NCBI GenBank assembly: GCA_036147595.1 | Contig: JAYYIG010000038.1 | Location: 7,734 to 71,733 of the forward strand | Source: Verrucomicrobiota bacterium | GTDB taxonomy: Bacteria; Verrucomicrobiota; Verrucomicrobiia; Opitutales; Seribacteraceae | Direction of reading: 5' to 3' | DNA: 64,000 bases | Shown: positions 17,327 through 27,868 of the stretch, piece by piece | How positions within the stretch are numbered: the stretch's first letter is position 1 | Layout of the letters: the number at the start of each line of letters is the position of its first letter | Notes under the pieces: model-generated | Told to the model about the DNA's origin: nothing | Database searches by the model: none | Seen by the model: the letters and a program-made list of their open reading frames with translations, nothing else | Translations under genes and position numbers: made by a program

Positions 17327-18733
17327 TCAGGCAAAGATTTCCTTAACCACACGACCATGAACATCCGTTAAACGAAAATCACGACCTGCAAAATGATAGG
17401 TCAGTTTTTCGTGATCAATCCCAAGAAAGGCAAGTAATGTCGCATGAAAATCGTGCACATGAACAGGATCTTTTTCTGCATAATAACCAAGCTCGTCGGT
17501 AGCACCATAAGAAAAGCCTTGCTTCACTCCAGCTCCCGCTAGCCAAATCGTAAAACCATGTGGATTGTGGTCTCGTCCGTCAAACTTTGGCCCCTGCACC
17601 GTTGGAGTTCTACCGAACTCTCCTGCCCATACCACAAGAGTATCTTCAAGCATCCCCCGCTGTTTCAAATCAGCAAGCAAGCCTGAAATCGGTTGATCCA
17701 CTTGTGCGGCACGCTCGGCATGATCTCTTCTAAGATTTCCGTGCTGGTCCCATTGAGCCTTAAGGGCACTGTGCGTAACCTGCACGAAACGAACACCCTC
17801 TTCCAAAAACCTTCTGGCAATCAAACATTGGGTACCAAAATTCTCTGATATTTCTTGATCCAAACCATACAGGTGCTTGGTAGCTTCTGACTCATTTGAA
17901 ATGTCCTGGACTTTAGGAATCGATGTTTGCATTCGAAAAGCCATTTCAAAATTTTCTATCTTTTCTTTCCACATCCGTTCTTTCATGCCTTGAATGGCAG
18001 GAGATTGATTAAACAATCGAAGCATCTGTATCTGTGCTCTTTGCTGGGCAAAACTATCCCGCTGATTAGCAATATGTCCAACTTTAGCCTCCATTGGCTC
18101 CACCGAGGCATTTCCAATGGGGCATCCTTGATAGCGATTGGGAAGAAAAGCCGACCCCCAGTTTTGGGACCCGCCATGAGCCAAAGTAGGACAGATAGTT
18201 ACAAAAGATGGCAAGTTCTCATTTTCCGTTCCCAGACCATAAGACACCCATGATCCCATGCTAGGACGTATGAAATTATCACTTCCAGTGTGCAGTTTAA
18301 GAACAGCAGCCCCGTGTGCAGGATTTGTACCATACATCGAGTGAATGAAACACAGATCGTCGACATGCTTTGCAACTTTGGGAAAAAGATCACTCACATA
18401 ATGACCACACTCTCCGTATCTTTGAAAATCCCATGGTGAAGCCAGCAAATTTCCAGTCTTTGCAAATTGGACTTTTGGCTTTGCGAATGGTAACGGTTGC
18501 CCGTGGTCCCTTTGCAAACGCGGCTTGTAGTCAAAAGTGTCAACCTGGGATGGTCCTCCTTTCATGAATAGAAAAATCACCCGTTTGGCTCGCTGCTTGT
18601 ATTTTGGTTGATTAGCGGAGGTGGAAAATAAGGGTAATTGCTCTGATTGAAGCGATCGGATGGTCGCGGCAAAACCCAGTCCCATCACTCCGTTATCGAG
18701 AAACTTTCTTCTATGCCAAAAATTGTCGCTCAT
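17327..18733 (-). CDS. DUF1501 domain protein (Tat signal)
   Basis: RRKFL, KRVIFLFMKGGPSQVDTFD, WDQH, GEFGRTP, GRDHN, GRDFRLTDVHG. Confidence 0.92.
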   Translation of the reverse strand: MSDNFWHRRKFLDNGVMGLGFAATIRSLQSEQLPLFSTSANQPKYKQRAKRVIFLFMKGGPSQVDTFDYKPRLQRDHGQPLPFAKPKVQFAKTGNLLASPWDFQRYGECGHYVSDLFPKVAKHVDDLCFIHSMYGTNPAHGAAVLKLHTGSDNFIRPSMGSWVSYGLGTENENLPSFVTICPTLAHGGSQNWGSAFLPNRYQGCPIGNASVEPMEAKVGHIANQRDSFAQQRAQIQMLRLFNQSPAIQGMKERMWKEKIENFEMAFRMQTSIPKVQDISNESEATKHLYGLDQEISENFGTQCLIARRFLEEGVRFVQVTHSALKAQWDQHGNLRRDHAERAAQVDQPISGLLADLKQRGMLEDTLVVWAGEFGRTPTVQGPKFDGRDHNPHGFTIWLAGAGVKQGFSYGATDELGYYAEKDPVHVHDFHATLLAFLGIDHEKLTYHFAGRDFRLTDVHGRVVKEIFA

Positions 18734-20757
18734 CTGAGGTAAAGAAATTCGTTACAACTAAGCATTGTCCGTGTGAATGCGGTTGCAGCGTGGTAATCAT
18801 CCTTTGGATTAGGAAAATTGAGCAAGAAACTTTCTGAAGATAACTGTTCCATTTCACTCGGCAATCTTCCTAAAACAAGCAAATAGATTCTCTTAATCCA
18901 ATCATTTTTATTTTCGCTAAAAGTTTTGCGAACAATTTTGGATGCAGTCGATTGGGAAAACGGACTATTCATAAAAAACAAAGCCTGCTGGTTCGTTGAA
19001 GATTCCTTGCGACTGCCTTGAACAATTGTTGGATCCGGGAAATCAAACAATTGAAAAAAATCGTAAACGTGGTTTCGAATTACCGGCAAGTAGATGGAGC
19101 GTCGATTGAGGTCATAATTTGTATCATCGATTGAGGTAACCGTAAAAATGTGTTTTCTGTTCTCAGGATAAAAGATTTTACCTCCAATGCTTCGGTTCAA
19201 ATCTCCAGACAGAGAAATCCAGGTATCACGAATCTCCTCAGCATAAAGCTTACGAATTGGAAACCTGGAGAACAATTTATTCCTTGGATCCATTGTTTCA
19301 TCGTGATTCTGCGACGATGACTGCCAAGTTGCTGAAGATAAGATTCTCCGATGAAGTGATTTAATGGACCACCCATCTTCAATAAAACGGCTGGTCAACC
19401 AGTCTAGGAGCTTGGGATGAGAGGGCTTAGATCCAAGAACACCAAAATTATCCGGAGTTTCCACCAAGCCTTTACCAAAATGCCATCTCCAGACTCGGTT
19501 TACGATCACCCTAGCTGTCAGTGGATTTTTAGATGATGCGATCCACTTGGCCAACTGTAAGCGTCCACTTTCATGCTCGGAGGGTAACTTATCCTTGGAC
19601 ACCTGAAATAATGAAAGGAATTTTCGGTCCTGTTCTTCACCCAAGGTATCAGGGTCTCCTCTCAGGTGCACCTTCAACTTGGTAACATTTCCCTCACTTA
19701 CACCATGACAATACTCGAGTACTGGTCGCGTATTCTCATATTGTGCAAGGATTTTCTCGAGAGATGCTATTTCCCTCCTGGTTGATTCAGAATAAAAATT
19801 GGTCGGATTTTTCGGTACTCTCTGTACCACTTTAAGTGCTACCAATTCATGATTTGCCTTGTCTTTATAAGCCTCAATTAGAGCTTTTTGGCTATTGATA
19901 AGCAGCTCATGCTTTTCAGCATGGATTTGTTCATCTCTTGAGGAAATCACATGCTCGTGCCAACGGGTTGGGCGCGTGATTTGATCCATGCTTTTGGTAC
20001 TCTTAAAAATTCCTGCCATCCCATAATATTCGGCGGTTGTAATTGGGTCGCTCATGTGATCATGACACCTGGCACAACCAATTGTTATGGCCATAAAAGC
20101 CTGACCGACCACATCAAGCTGTTCATCGATCATATCCATCTCCATTTTCACGGGATCTGGTTCAGCAAGTAGTTTCGGTCCCAAAGCGAGAAAGCCCGTT
20201 GCAACTTTCAGACGATTTGCCGCTGCCAAGGATTTGCCATCCGACAACAGGTCACCCGCTAATTGCTCGGTTATGAATTGGTCGAAAGGGACATCTCGAT
20301 TAAAAGCGTCTATCAAGTAGTCCCGATACCTCCATGCATGCGCAAAAGCGAGATTTTCATCAAGTCCATTCGAATCAGCATATCTGGCAACATCCATCCA
20401 ATGACGCGCCCATTTCTCTCCATAATGCGGAGAATTGAGTAATTCCTCTAGTTTCTCTTCGAAATCAAATTTTTGGTTCTTGGTAGAACTGGACGGTAGT
20501 CCCGTTAAGGTGTAGTGAAGCCTCCGATGTAAAATCCTATCTTCGGCTCTTACGGGAGGCTTACAATTCTCTCTCTCCATTTTAGCTAAAATGAAGGCGT
20601 CGATTTCATTCGAGCCCCAGTTACTTGAATTTGTTTGGGGAACATCTGGATCAATAATGGGCTGATATGACCAATGTTTTGCTTTTTTTTGAGCAAAAGT
20701 CGCCCATCCTAAAAAGAAAGAAAAGCTAAAAAAAATTGCGAAAAACCCTAGATTCAT
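18730..20757 (-). CDS. DUF1549/DUF1553 protein (single CxxCH)
   Basis: HWSYQP, YGEKWARHWMDVARYADSNG, CARCHDH, NPLTARVIVNRVW, RRSIYLP. Start moved to ATG 20757. Confidence 0.9.
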   Translation of the reverse strand: MNLGFFAIFFSFSFFLGWATFAQKKAKHWSYQPIIDPDVPQTNSSNWGSNEIDAFILAKMERENCKPPVRAEDRILHRRLHYTLTGLPSSSTKNQKFDFEEKLEELLNSPHYGEKWARHWMDVARYADSNGLDENLAFAHAWRYRDYLIDAFNRDVPFDQFITEQLAGDLLSDGKSLAAANRLKVATGFLALGPKLLAEPDPVKMEMDMIDEQLDVVGQAFMAITIGCARCHDHMSDPITTAEYYGMAGIFKSTKSMDQITRPTRWHEHVISSRDEQIHAEKHELLINSQKALIEAYKDKANHELVALKVVQRVPKNPTNFYSESTRREIASLEKILAQYENTRPVLEYCHGVSEGNVTKLKVHLRGDPDTLGEEQDRKFLSLFQVSKDKLPSEHESGRLQLAKWIASSKNPLTARVIVNRVWRWHFGKGLVETPDNFGVLGSKPSHPKLLDWLTSRFIEDGWSIKSLHRRILSSATWQSSSQNHDETMDPRNKLFSRFPIRKLYAEEIRDTWISLSGDLNRSIGGKIFYPENRKHIFTVTSIDDTNYDLNRRSIYLPVIRNHVYDFFQLFDFPDPTIVQGSRKESSTNQQALFFMNSPFSQSTASKIVRKTFSENKNDWIKRIYLLVLGRLPSEMEQLSSESFLLNFPNPKDDYHAATAFTRTMLSCNEFLYLR

Positions 20758-21031
20758 CGTATTGCAAACAAATGCTGTTCTATCTAGGCAAGTCGATGCA
20801 TACTGGGCAAGAATCAAAAACATTGTTTATTTTAAAAACAGGAAACTAAAAGCACTAATTTGGCACTTTAAAATTCTAGCCTTTACCATTGATCTTTTGT
20901 TTGGATTCTTCATTATTGAATCTTTCGTTGGTATTAAACTACTCCACTCTTTACCCACTTAAATCAAAGTTGAGCTAAAAAGTTACGATTTGATAAAGAC
21001 GAAAAAAGGTTTAACAAAAAAATTATTAAAA

Positions 21032-21304
21032 ATGGAAATATATGTTGGAAATCTTCCTTGGTCCGTGAGGGATCAGGAACTCGCCGAAGCATTCGGCCCT
21101 TATGGAAGTGTCGAAAAGGCATCAGTTATCACCTATCGTGACTCTGGTAGATCTAAAGGATTTGGTTTTGTCACCATGAATAATGATGATGAAGCAAACA
21201 AAGCCATTGAAGCAATGAATGGCCACGAAATGGAAGGAAGGCCTCTCCGTGTCAATGAAGCTCGTCCAAAGGAAGAAAGTTCTTCTGGTAGTTCCGATTG
21301 GTAA
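21032..21304 (+). CDS. RRM (RNP-1) RNA-binding protein
   Basis: IYVGNL (RNP2), SKGFGFVTM (RNP1), LRVNEARP. Confidence 0.95.
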   Translation: MEIYVGNLPWSVRDQELAEAFGPYGSVEKASVITYRDSGRSKGFGFVTMNNDDEANKAIEAMNGHEMEGRPLRVNEARPKEESSSGSSDW

Positions 21305-21331
21305 TTGAAGGAAACGAATTCACTTTATAAT

Positions 21332-21357
21332 AGCCCGCGTTTAGCGGGCTTTTTTTT
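21332..21357 (+). terminator. Intrinsic terminator
   Basis: AGCCCGC-gttta-GCGGGCT followed by a T run, just after the RRM gene. Confidence 0.85.
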
Positions 21358-21422
21358 CGCCCAATTTTTCGTCATATATCTTATTGTTTGAATTCCTTTA
21401 CTTTTTTCTTCAGGAAAATCTT

Positions 21423-22838
21423 ATGCAGCCTTTAGTCAAAACCTCATTTCTTGAAAATGTTGACCTTTGTTTTAATCGTGCCGCCAAAGCTTTAGAACTT
21501 CCTAAAGGGCTTGCTCGGCAGATTCGAACCTGTAATGCGATTTGCGAGATGAAGTTTGGGGTAGAGCTTCGCGGCAGTTACAAAATTTTCACTGGCTGGC
21601 GTGCGACTCACAGCGAACACATTCTCCCAGCCAAAGGAGGCTTGCGTTACGCGCCCTTTGTCGATCAACAGGAAGTCGAGGCTCTGGCTGCCCTTATGAC
21701 TTATAAGTGTGCGATTGTTAATGTTCCCTATGCAGGTTCAAAAGGTGCACTTAAGATCAATCCCAAAGACTACACGCTCGAGGAACTCGAGCACATAACG
21801 CGAAGATTTACTCAAGAACTTGATAAACGTGGATTCATTGGCCCAGGCCTTAATGTTCCTGCACCAGACATGGGATCAGGTCAAAGAATGATGTCATGGA
21901 TTGCAGATGAATATCAGAGACTGCACCCATCCGATATAAATGCCCGAGGCTGTGTAACCGGAAAGCCTGTTCACTTCGGCGGAGTGGATGGAAGAATTGA
22001 AGCCACAGGAAGAGGAGTCCAATTTGGATTAAGAGAGTTTTTCAGAAATCCCGCAGATGTGAGACAAGCCGGACTGGAAGGTTCGCTCGAAGGCAAGGCA
22101 ATTATAATACAGGGACTCGGAAATGTAGGTTACCATGCTGCAAAATTTCTAGAAGAAGAAGACGGTGCCCGAATCGTTGCAATCATCGAGAGAGATGGTG
22201 CTATTATAAATGATGCAGGTTTTTCTGTCGAAGAAGTGTCGGCTTACAAGAAAGAAAATGGAAAAGTTGAGGGTTTTCCTGAATCAAAATTCGAATCTGA
22301 TGGGGCAAAAATTCTCACTCATCCCTGCGATATTCTAATACCCGCAGCAATGGAAGGTGTAATCACAGATGAAAACGCTGAAAACCTTCAATGCAAAGTG
22401 GTTGCAGAAGCTGCCAATGGACCAGTTACCTACGAAGCAGACCAAATCTTGAATGAAAGAAACATATTTGTCATTCCAGACGCATATTTGAATGCAGGAG
22501 GGGTCACAGTTTCTTACTTCGAATGGCTGAAAAACCTCTCACATGTAAAATTTGGTAGAATAGATCGTAGATTTGTAGAAGCCCAAAGCCAAAAGATTAT
22601 CGAATTGATGGAAGGTGCCCTTGGCAAAAAATTGGACAAACGAGCAAAAGAGCTACTCCTTGAGGGACCAAACGAAATAAATCTCGTTCGTTCCGGATTG
22701 GATGATACCATGCGTGAATCTTACAACGAAATCTACGAACAACACCAAAGTAACCCAAAAATTAAAGACCGGAGAACAGCTGCCTACGCATTAGCCATCC
22801 GAAAAATTGCTGACATTTACGACAGCATGTATCTTTGA
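21423..22838 (+). CDS. gdhA: Glutamate dehydrogenase (Glu/Leu/Phe/Val family)
   Basis: KGGLRY, LMTYKCA, VPAPDMG, VTGKP, EATGRGV, QGLGNVG, EAANGP, NAGGVTVSYFEW. Confidence 0.92.
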   Translation: MQPLVKTSFLENVDLCFNRAAKALELPKGLARQIRTCNAICEMKFGVELRGSYKIFTGWRATHSEHILPAKGGLRYAPFVDQQEVEALAALMTYKCAIVNVPYAGSKGALKINPKDYTLEELEHITRRFTQELDKRGFIGPGLNVPAPDMGSGQRMMSWIADEYQRLHPSDINARGCVTGKPVHFGGVDGRIEATGRGVQFGLREFFRNPADVRQAGLEGSLEGKAIIIQGLGNVGYHAAKFLEEEDGARIVAIIERDGAIINDAGFSVEEVSAYKKENGKVEGFPESKFESDGAKILTHPCDILIPAAMEGVITDENAENLQCKVVAEAANGPVTYEADQILNERNIFVIPDAYLNAGGVTVSYFEWLKNLSHVKFGRIDRRFVEAQSQKIIELMEGALGKKLDKRAKELLLEGPNEINLVRSGLDDTMRESYNEIYEQHQSNPKIKDRRTAAYALAIRKIADIYDSMYL

Positions 22839-22853
22839 TTAGAGGTCTTTCTT

Positions 22854-24281
22854 TTGAAACCCTCATCCTATTCCGATACCACTCCCGAGAAGGTAGATAA
22901 GGCCATTACCGAAGCGGATTACTGTTTTCTCGAATTCAAAAGAAAATCCTCTCAACAGAAAGCCAATTTCCTTAATCAAATTGCATCTCAGGTGGAAAAT
23001 ATGCGATTTGTTCTCTTAGAAACGGCTCAACTGGAAACCAATTTGGGCATTCCGAGACTTGAAGCCGAACTCACTCGTACTGTAAATCAGATTAGGGAAT
23101 TTTCACGACTTGCAGAGTTGGAATCATGGAAAGATTATTCATTTGAAAAAGAAGATGCAAGTAGACTTCCCAGTCCCAAGCCTGCAATGGTTAGGCAAAA
23201 TGTACCAATTGGACCGGTTGCAGTAATTGGAGCTTGTAATTTCCCTTTTGCAATATCGGTTGTTGGAACGGACACTTCAAGTGCACTTGCAGTAGGATGT
23301 CCGGTGGTGGTTAAATCTCACCCGAAGCATCCCAAAACCTGCGCACTTCAAGGTGAAGCCGTTAAGATTGCGATTCAGGAAACAGGTATGCCTGATGGGT
23401 GCTTTTCTCTTATTCATGGAGAAAATCATGCGATAACCAGACAATTAGTTGCACATCCCAAGATTTGCTGTGTGGCTTTTACAGGATCTCTACAGGGAGG
23501 GAAAGCCCTGTCAAAGGTTGTTTCTGAACGCGAAAAACCGATTCCATTTCATGCAGAAATGGGCAGCTTAAACCCTGTTTTCGCACTTCCTTCAGCATTA
23601 TCTGATAATTCAACCAACTTTGCACAGGGATACATTGATGCAGTAAATTTATTTGCCGGGCAAATGTGCACAAAGCCAGGAGCCTTAATTATTCTTTCGG
23701 AATCCTTCACCGAAATATTCAGAGAAAAATTAATTTCTGCAATAGACTCACATGAATGCCTACCAATGCTTAATAAAAATGTTTTCGAAAACTTTAAACA
23801 ATCTGTCGTATTTTTGGAAAAAAGGCTAAGACGAGCAGGAAAATCATATCCGCAAAAAGGGAAGAATGGAATTAAAGCTGAAGTTCAAGTTTTTCAGATA
23901 TCAGCAAAGGAGTTTATTGAAAATGGTGAGCTTCGGGTGGAATCCTTTGGTCCATCATCACTTATTGTACTAGCGAAAACATTTGAAGAAATGCTAGAGG
24001 TGGCTCGTCAAATCGAAGGAAGTCTAACAGGAACGATTCTTGTCGGTAAAGGAGATGAATCTAAGCTCCAAGATCTATTGCCTATTTTAACTTCCAAAGT
24101 GGGAAGAATATTATGGAATGGTTTTCCTCCCGGCGTCATCCCTGGACACGCCACACATCACGGAGGACCTTGGCCCGCAACTTCTGATTCCAGATTTACC
24201 TCTATTGGAATTCAAGGATACAAAAGATTTGTACGCCCTCTTTGTAAGCAGGGGTTTCCGATGTCATCCGGCATGCCTTAA
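22854..24281 (+). CDS. NADP-dependent aldehyde dehydrogenase, alpha-ketoglutarate semialdehyde dehydrogenase-like
   Basis: GACNFPFA..GTDTSSALAVGCPVVVKSHP.HP, FTGS, AEMGSLNP, GQMCTKPG, HGGPWPAT. Confidence 0.88.
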   Translation: MKPSSYSDTTPEKVDKAITEADYCFLEFKRKSSQQKANFLNQIASQVENMRFVLLETAQLETNLGIPRLEAELTRTVNQIREFSRLAELESWKDYSFEKEDASRLPSPKPAMVRQNVPIGPVAVIGACNFPFAISVVGTDTSSALAVGCPVVVKSHPKHPKTCALQGEAVKIAIQETGMPDGCFSLIHGENHAITRQLVAHPKICCVAFTGSLQGGKALSKVVSEREKPIPFHAEMGSLNPVFALPSALSDNSTNFAQGYIDAVNLFAGQMCTKPGALIILSESFTEIFREKLISAIDSHECLPMLNKNVFENFKQSVVFLEKRLRRAGKSYPQKGKNGIKAEVQVFQISAKEFIENGELRVESFGPSSLIVLAKTFEEMLEVARQIEGSLTGTILVGKGDESKLQDLLPILTSKVGRILWNGFPPGVIPGHATHHGGPWPATSDSRFTSIGIQGYKRFVRPLCKQGFPMSSGMP

Positions 24282-26330
24282 TGCTTCGACGGGATCCATT
24301 TGAGATGCCTTTCGAGCAGGATAAAGGCCAAAAATTAAACCGGTAAGCACAGCTACCCCGAAAACAAGAGGCAAAGACCACGGGACAAGAACAGGTTTCA
24401 TTCCCTGCATGGAAGGTGGTAACGACTCATAAAGTGTTGGAGCAAAACTCTCCATAAATCCCATAATCGTCGAGTAAGCAGGCTCGCACAAAAGACCAGC
24501 CAAAATACCGACCATTCCTCCCATTCCGGTGAGAACGATAGTTTCAGCAAGAAACTGAAAAATGATATCCCTTTGCTTAGCCCCAATTGCACGACGAATT
24601 CCGATTTCTCGCGTCCTTTCCGTTATGGTGGCTAGCATAATGTTCATAATACCGACTCCTCCCACAAACAAAGATATACCTGCTACCAGTCCCATTAGCG
24701 CAACAAAGGTCATCTTTGCCCTCTCCGCCTGCTCCATTAATTCCAGTGGGACCGTCACTTGATAATCTTCAATGCCGTGATCTTTTTTCAGAAGATCACG
24801 AATCATCTGAGCTACACTCAGAAGTTTGCTCTGGTCGTCAGTGGTTAGGGTTATCTTCGAGATCAGATTACTCCCATCATAACCTCGATAAGAATAGTCG
24901 AATATCTTCGACCAATGAGTTGCAAGAGGCAGATACACATTATCCTCAAACAGTTCCTTAAACCCAAGTCCCCCAGAATCATTAAGGTTAGTTCGCGGAG
25001 CTACTTCCCCAATAACCGTATAAAGATTCCCTCCCACATTAACTGGCTTTCCCAATGAATCTCCAAATGGAAAGAGCGTTTTGGCCAAACTCGAGGCCAG
25101 AACGCATACTTCTGCCTCCTCGTGATTATCCTCTTCACTTAAAAAGCGACCTTTGGTAAGTACAAGATGGTGTAAGTCACGATAATTCGGAAGACAGCCA
25201 AGAAGTTCACCACGGGTTTTTGCGGCTTTGGTAAAAATGGTTCGATTGTTTAGCTCCCGTGTTGGATACGCAGCAGAGATATGAGGAACTGTCTTTGAAA
25301 TTTTCAAGTAATCATTTTCCGTTAAACCATAAGAGTAGAAATAGGCTCCCTTGCTCGAACGCTCCTCTTCAGGCGGTCTCTTACTGGAAACAATTAAATT
25401 ATTGGCACCCAACTCCATTATCTCGCCTTCTGCTTGATCCGCAATCCCCTCACCTATCGAAAGTAACCAAATTACGCTGACAACTCCAATAAATACACCA
25501 AGACCAGTTAATATCGAACGCAGAGGATGGGTAAATATGCTCTGCATCGCACTCTTCAAGAGATTTCGAAATGTTCTTTTGAGATGATTTGCTCGATCCG
25601 TGTTTGATTTGCTTCCAGCGATCTCCTTGAGATTTTTAACCGCTGGTGCTCTATTTCTCTCATCACTAATGATCAAGCCATCCTTCATCCTTACAATCCT
25701 ACGGGCACGGGCAGCCACTTCCTCTTCATGAGTGACCAAAATGACCGTTTTTCCCTTTTGATTCAAATCATCGAGAAGCACTAGGATTTCACTGGTAGTC
25801 TTGGAATCCAGATTTCCTGTTGGCTCATCTGCCAAGATAAACGCAGGATCATTTGCCAAGGATCGGGCAATGCCCACTCTTTGTTGTTGCCCTCCGGAAA
25901 GTTGCAATGGGCGGTGAGATTTGCGATCACCCAATCCGACAGCTTTTGCGAGCTCTTCAGCTCTTACAAATCCAAGAGAGGATTCCGAATCATAGCTTGC
26001 TGGCAGAGAAATATTCTCAACAACATTCAAATATGGAATCAAGTTGTACGACTGAAAAATAAATCCGATTGATTTGGCACGCAGGGCAGAGAGCTCTTGA
26101 TCATTCATATCCTCGACTATATCTCCAGCCAGTTGGTAATGCCCGTCGGACGGACGATCGAGACATCCAAGAATATTAAGAAGGGTACTTTTACCAGATC
26201 CAGAGGGTCCCATGATTGCCAAATAATCGCCTTCTGGCACTTCAAGGGAAACTTTCTCCAAGGCAACTACCTTTGCATCACCGATTTTATAGACTTTTGA
26301 AAGATTTTTTATTCGGAATGAAATTTTCAT
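24264..26330 (-). CDS. macB: MacB-family ABC transporter (fused ATPase and permease)
   Basis: [67 protein letters not shown]. Confidence 0.92.
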   Translation of the reverse strand: MKISFRIKNLSKVYKIGDAKVVALEKVSLEVPEGDYLAIMGPSGSGKSTLLNILGCLDRPSDGHYQLAGDIVEDMNDQELSALRAKSIGFIFQSYNLIPYLNVVENISLPASYDSESSLGFVRAEELAKAVGLGDRKSHRPLQLSGGQQQRVGIARSLANDPAFILADEPTGNLDSKTTSEILVLLDDLNQKGKTVILVTHEEEVAARARRIVRMKDGLIISDERNRAPAVKNLKEIAGSKSNTDRANHLKRTFRNLLKSAMQSIFTHPLRSILTGLGVFIGVVSVIWLLSIGEGIADQAEGEIMELGANNLIVSSKRPPEEERSSKGAYFYSYGLTENDYLKISKTVPHISAAYPTRELNNRTIFTKAAKTRGELLGCLPNYRDLHHLVLTKGRFLSEEDNHEEAEVCVLASSLAKTLFPFGDSLGKPVNVGGNLYTVIGEVAPRTNLNDSGGLGFKELFEDNVYLPLATHWSKIFDYSYRGYDGSNLISKITLTTDDQSKLLSVAQMIRDLLKKDHGIEDYQVTVPLELMEQAERAKMTFVALMGLVAGISLFVGGVGIMNIMLATITERTREIGIRRAIGAKQRDIIFQFLAETIVLTGMGGMVGILAGLLCEPAYSTIMGFMESFAPTLYESLPPSMQGMKPVLVPWSLPLVFGVAVLTGLIFGLYPARKASQMDPVEALRHAG

Positions 26331-26363
26331 ATCCAGACTTTCAATCCGCTATTTAGAGGGAAA

Positions 26364-27785
26364 CTACTGCTTGGCGATTTCGTTTTGGTTTTCCTGTTCA
26401 AAAATAGCTTTGAATTGGTCAGGATTGAGTACAACAAGCTCTCCCTCCTTCAACCCACTATTTACAACTGCCATTGTCATATTGTGAGAACCAAGCTCAA
26501 TTGAACGAAGTTGCATTTCGTCAAATTCATTACCCACCAAGCAAAAAGTCTCCCCTTCAATCCTGAAAATGGAAGTCAGAGGTATTTGTAAGGCACGATC
26601 AATTTGCTCAGACTTTATAGTAACTTTTGCAGTCATACCCGTACGGACTCCTGGAGGAGGGTCAGAAATAACAATCTCTGTGCCATATTCTTTAATGTGT
26701 GAGGTGTAACGGCTAGCAGAGGGAATCGGATATTCGCTTAACGACTCCACCTTTCCCTTAAGTTGTACATCCCTCATCGCATCAATAAGGATGGAACAAT
26801 CCATTCCGGGACGAACCTGTTCGATTCTATTCTCGTTCACTTTTGCTCGAACACGAAGCAAGGAGGCATTTGGCAAACGGATAATCGTCTGCTTTTCACG
26901 GATTAGCTTCCCTTCTTCGATGAGAATACCTTCTGAGGTTCCGGATTTGTTCTTGTTTGCATAGGTAACCTCACCGTCCGCAGGAGAGAAAATCTTACAC
27001 TTCTCGATTTGCTCTTCAATTTCACTTTCCTGCGTTTTTTCTAATTGAAAGGAATTTTCAGCAGATTGAAGGCGAGCTTCAGCTGTCATTATGTCAGCAT
27101 TTAATTCATTCACTTTTGCTTTTCTCGAATGAGTTCTCAAAACCTCCAATTTAGTTTGAGCAAGGTCCAATTCCTTCCCAGCTTTTTCAACCGCAAACTG
27201 ATCAGCTTCCAACTGTGCTTCTGACACATAACCTTTGGTTGCCAACTTCTTGCTGTAAAGCAAGTATTCCTCCGCACGTCTAAGATTTTCCTTGGCTACA
27301 AATTCGGCACTCTCCAATTCTTCTTCACTCTCGCGAAAAGAACCGGATAGGTATTCCTGCAAAGAAAGCTTGGCCGCCTCCACATCCGCAGTTGCCTTAA
27401 CTAAAGTTGCTTTTGCCTGATGAACGGATATCCTCTGGCGAAGTAAGTCCTTTTGTAGGGAAGCATCGTCCAATCTGACCAAAAAATCACCTTTCTTGAC
27501 CAGTGAACCTTCTGGAACAATCTCCAAGATGCTGACTCCCGAAGAACTGCGACTTCTCACTTCACTTTTTATCTCAATATTTTCTGCACTCTCGATTTCC
27601 CCTGGTTCGATAAGCTCAAGCTTAAATTCAGCGACTTGAACGGCCTCAAAGAGAGGTTGTACTTCATTCTCCGAAGAATCATCGTCGTTACTTAACCACC
27701 AAAGCAAAGAGATTACGCCTGCACCCGCCAAACCCACTAGAGTATTGGTGGAGACAAAGCCTTTGGTAGAATTGATTAAGAACAT
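26364..27785 (-). CDS. MacA/HlyD-type periplasmic adaptor (membrane fusion protein)
   Basis: N-terminal TM, lipoyl half-motifs (IVPEGSLVKKGDFLVRLD; IFSPADGEV), long coiled coil, GMTAKVTI, GLKEGELVV. Confidence 0.9.
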   Translation of the reverse strand: MFLINSTKGFVSTNTLVGLAGAGVISLLWWLSNDDDSSENEVQPLFEAVQVAEFKLELIEPGEIESAENIEIKSEVRSRSSSGVSILEIVPEGSLVKKGDFLVRLDDASLQKDLLRQRISVHQAKATLVKATADVEAAKLSLQEYLSGSFRESEEELESAEFVAKENLRRAEEYLLYSKKLATKGYVSEAQLEADQFAVEKAGKELDLAQTKLEVLRTHSRKAKVNELNADIMTAEARLQSAENSFQLEKTQESEIEEQIEKCKIFSPADGEVTYANKNKSGTSEGILIEEGKLIREKQTIIRLPNASLLRVRAKVNENRIEQVRPGMDCSILIDAMRDVQLKGKVESLSEYPIPSASRYTSHIKEYGTEIVISDPPPGVRTGMTAKVTIKSEQIDRALQIPLTSIFRIEGETFCLVGNEFDEMQLRSIELGSHNMTMAVVNSGLKEGELVVLNPDQFKAIFEQENQNEIAKQ

Positions 27786-27868
27786 CTTTATATAATTTAT
27801 AAAATAGCTTAAACAGAGCAAGTTAGGACTTTGATTGATGCTACAGTGAAAAGGCAGTTAGAGCTTTT

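Noticed and set aside
20860-20880. TGGCAC as a sigma-54 promoter upstream of the RRM gene
   Set aside because: No TTGC at the required -12 spacing.
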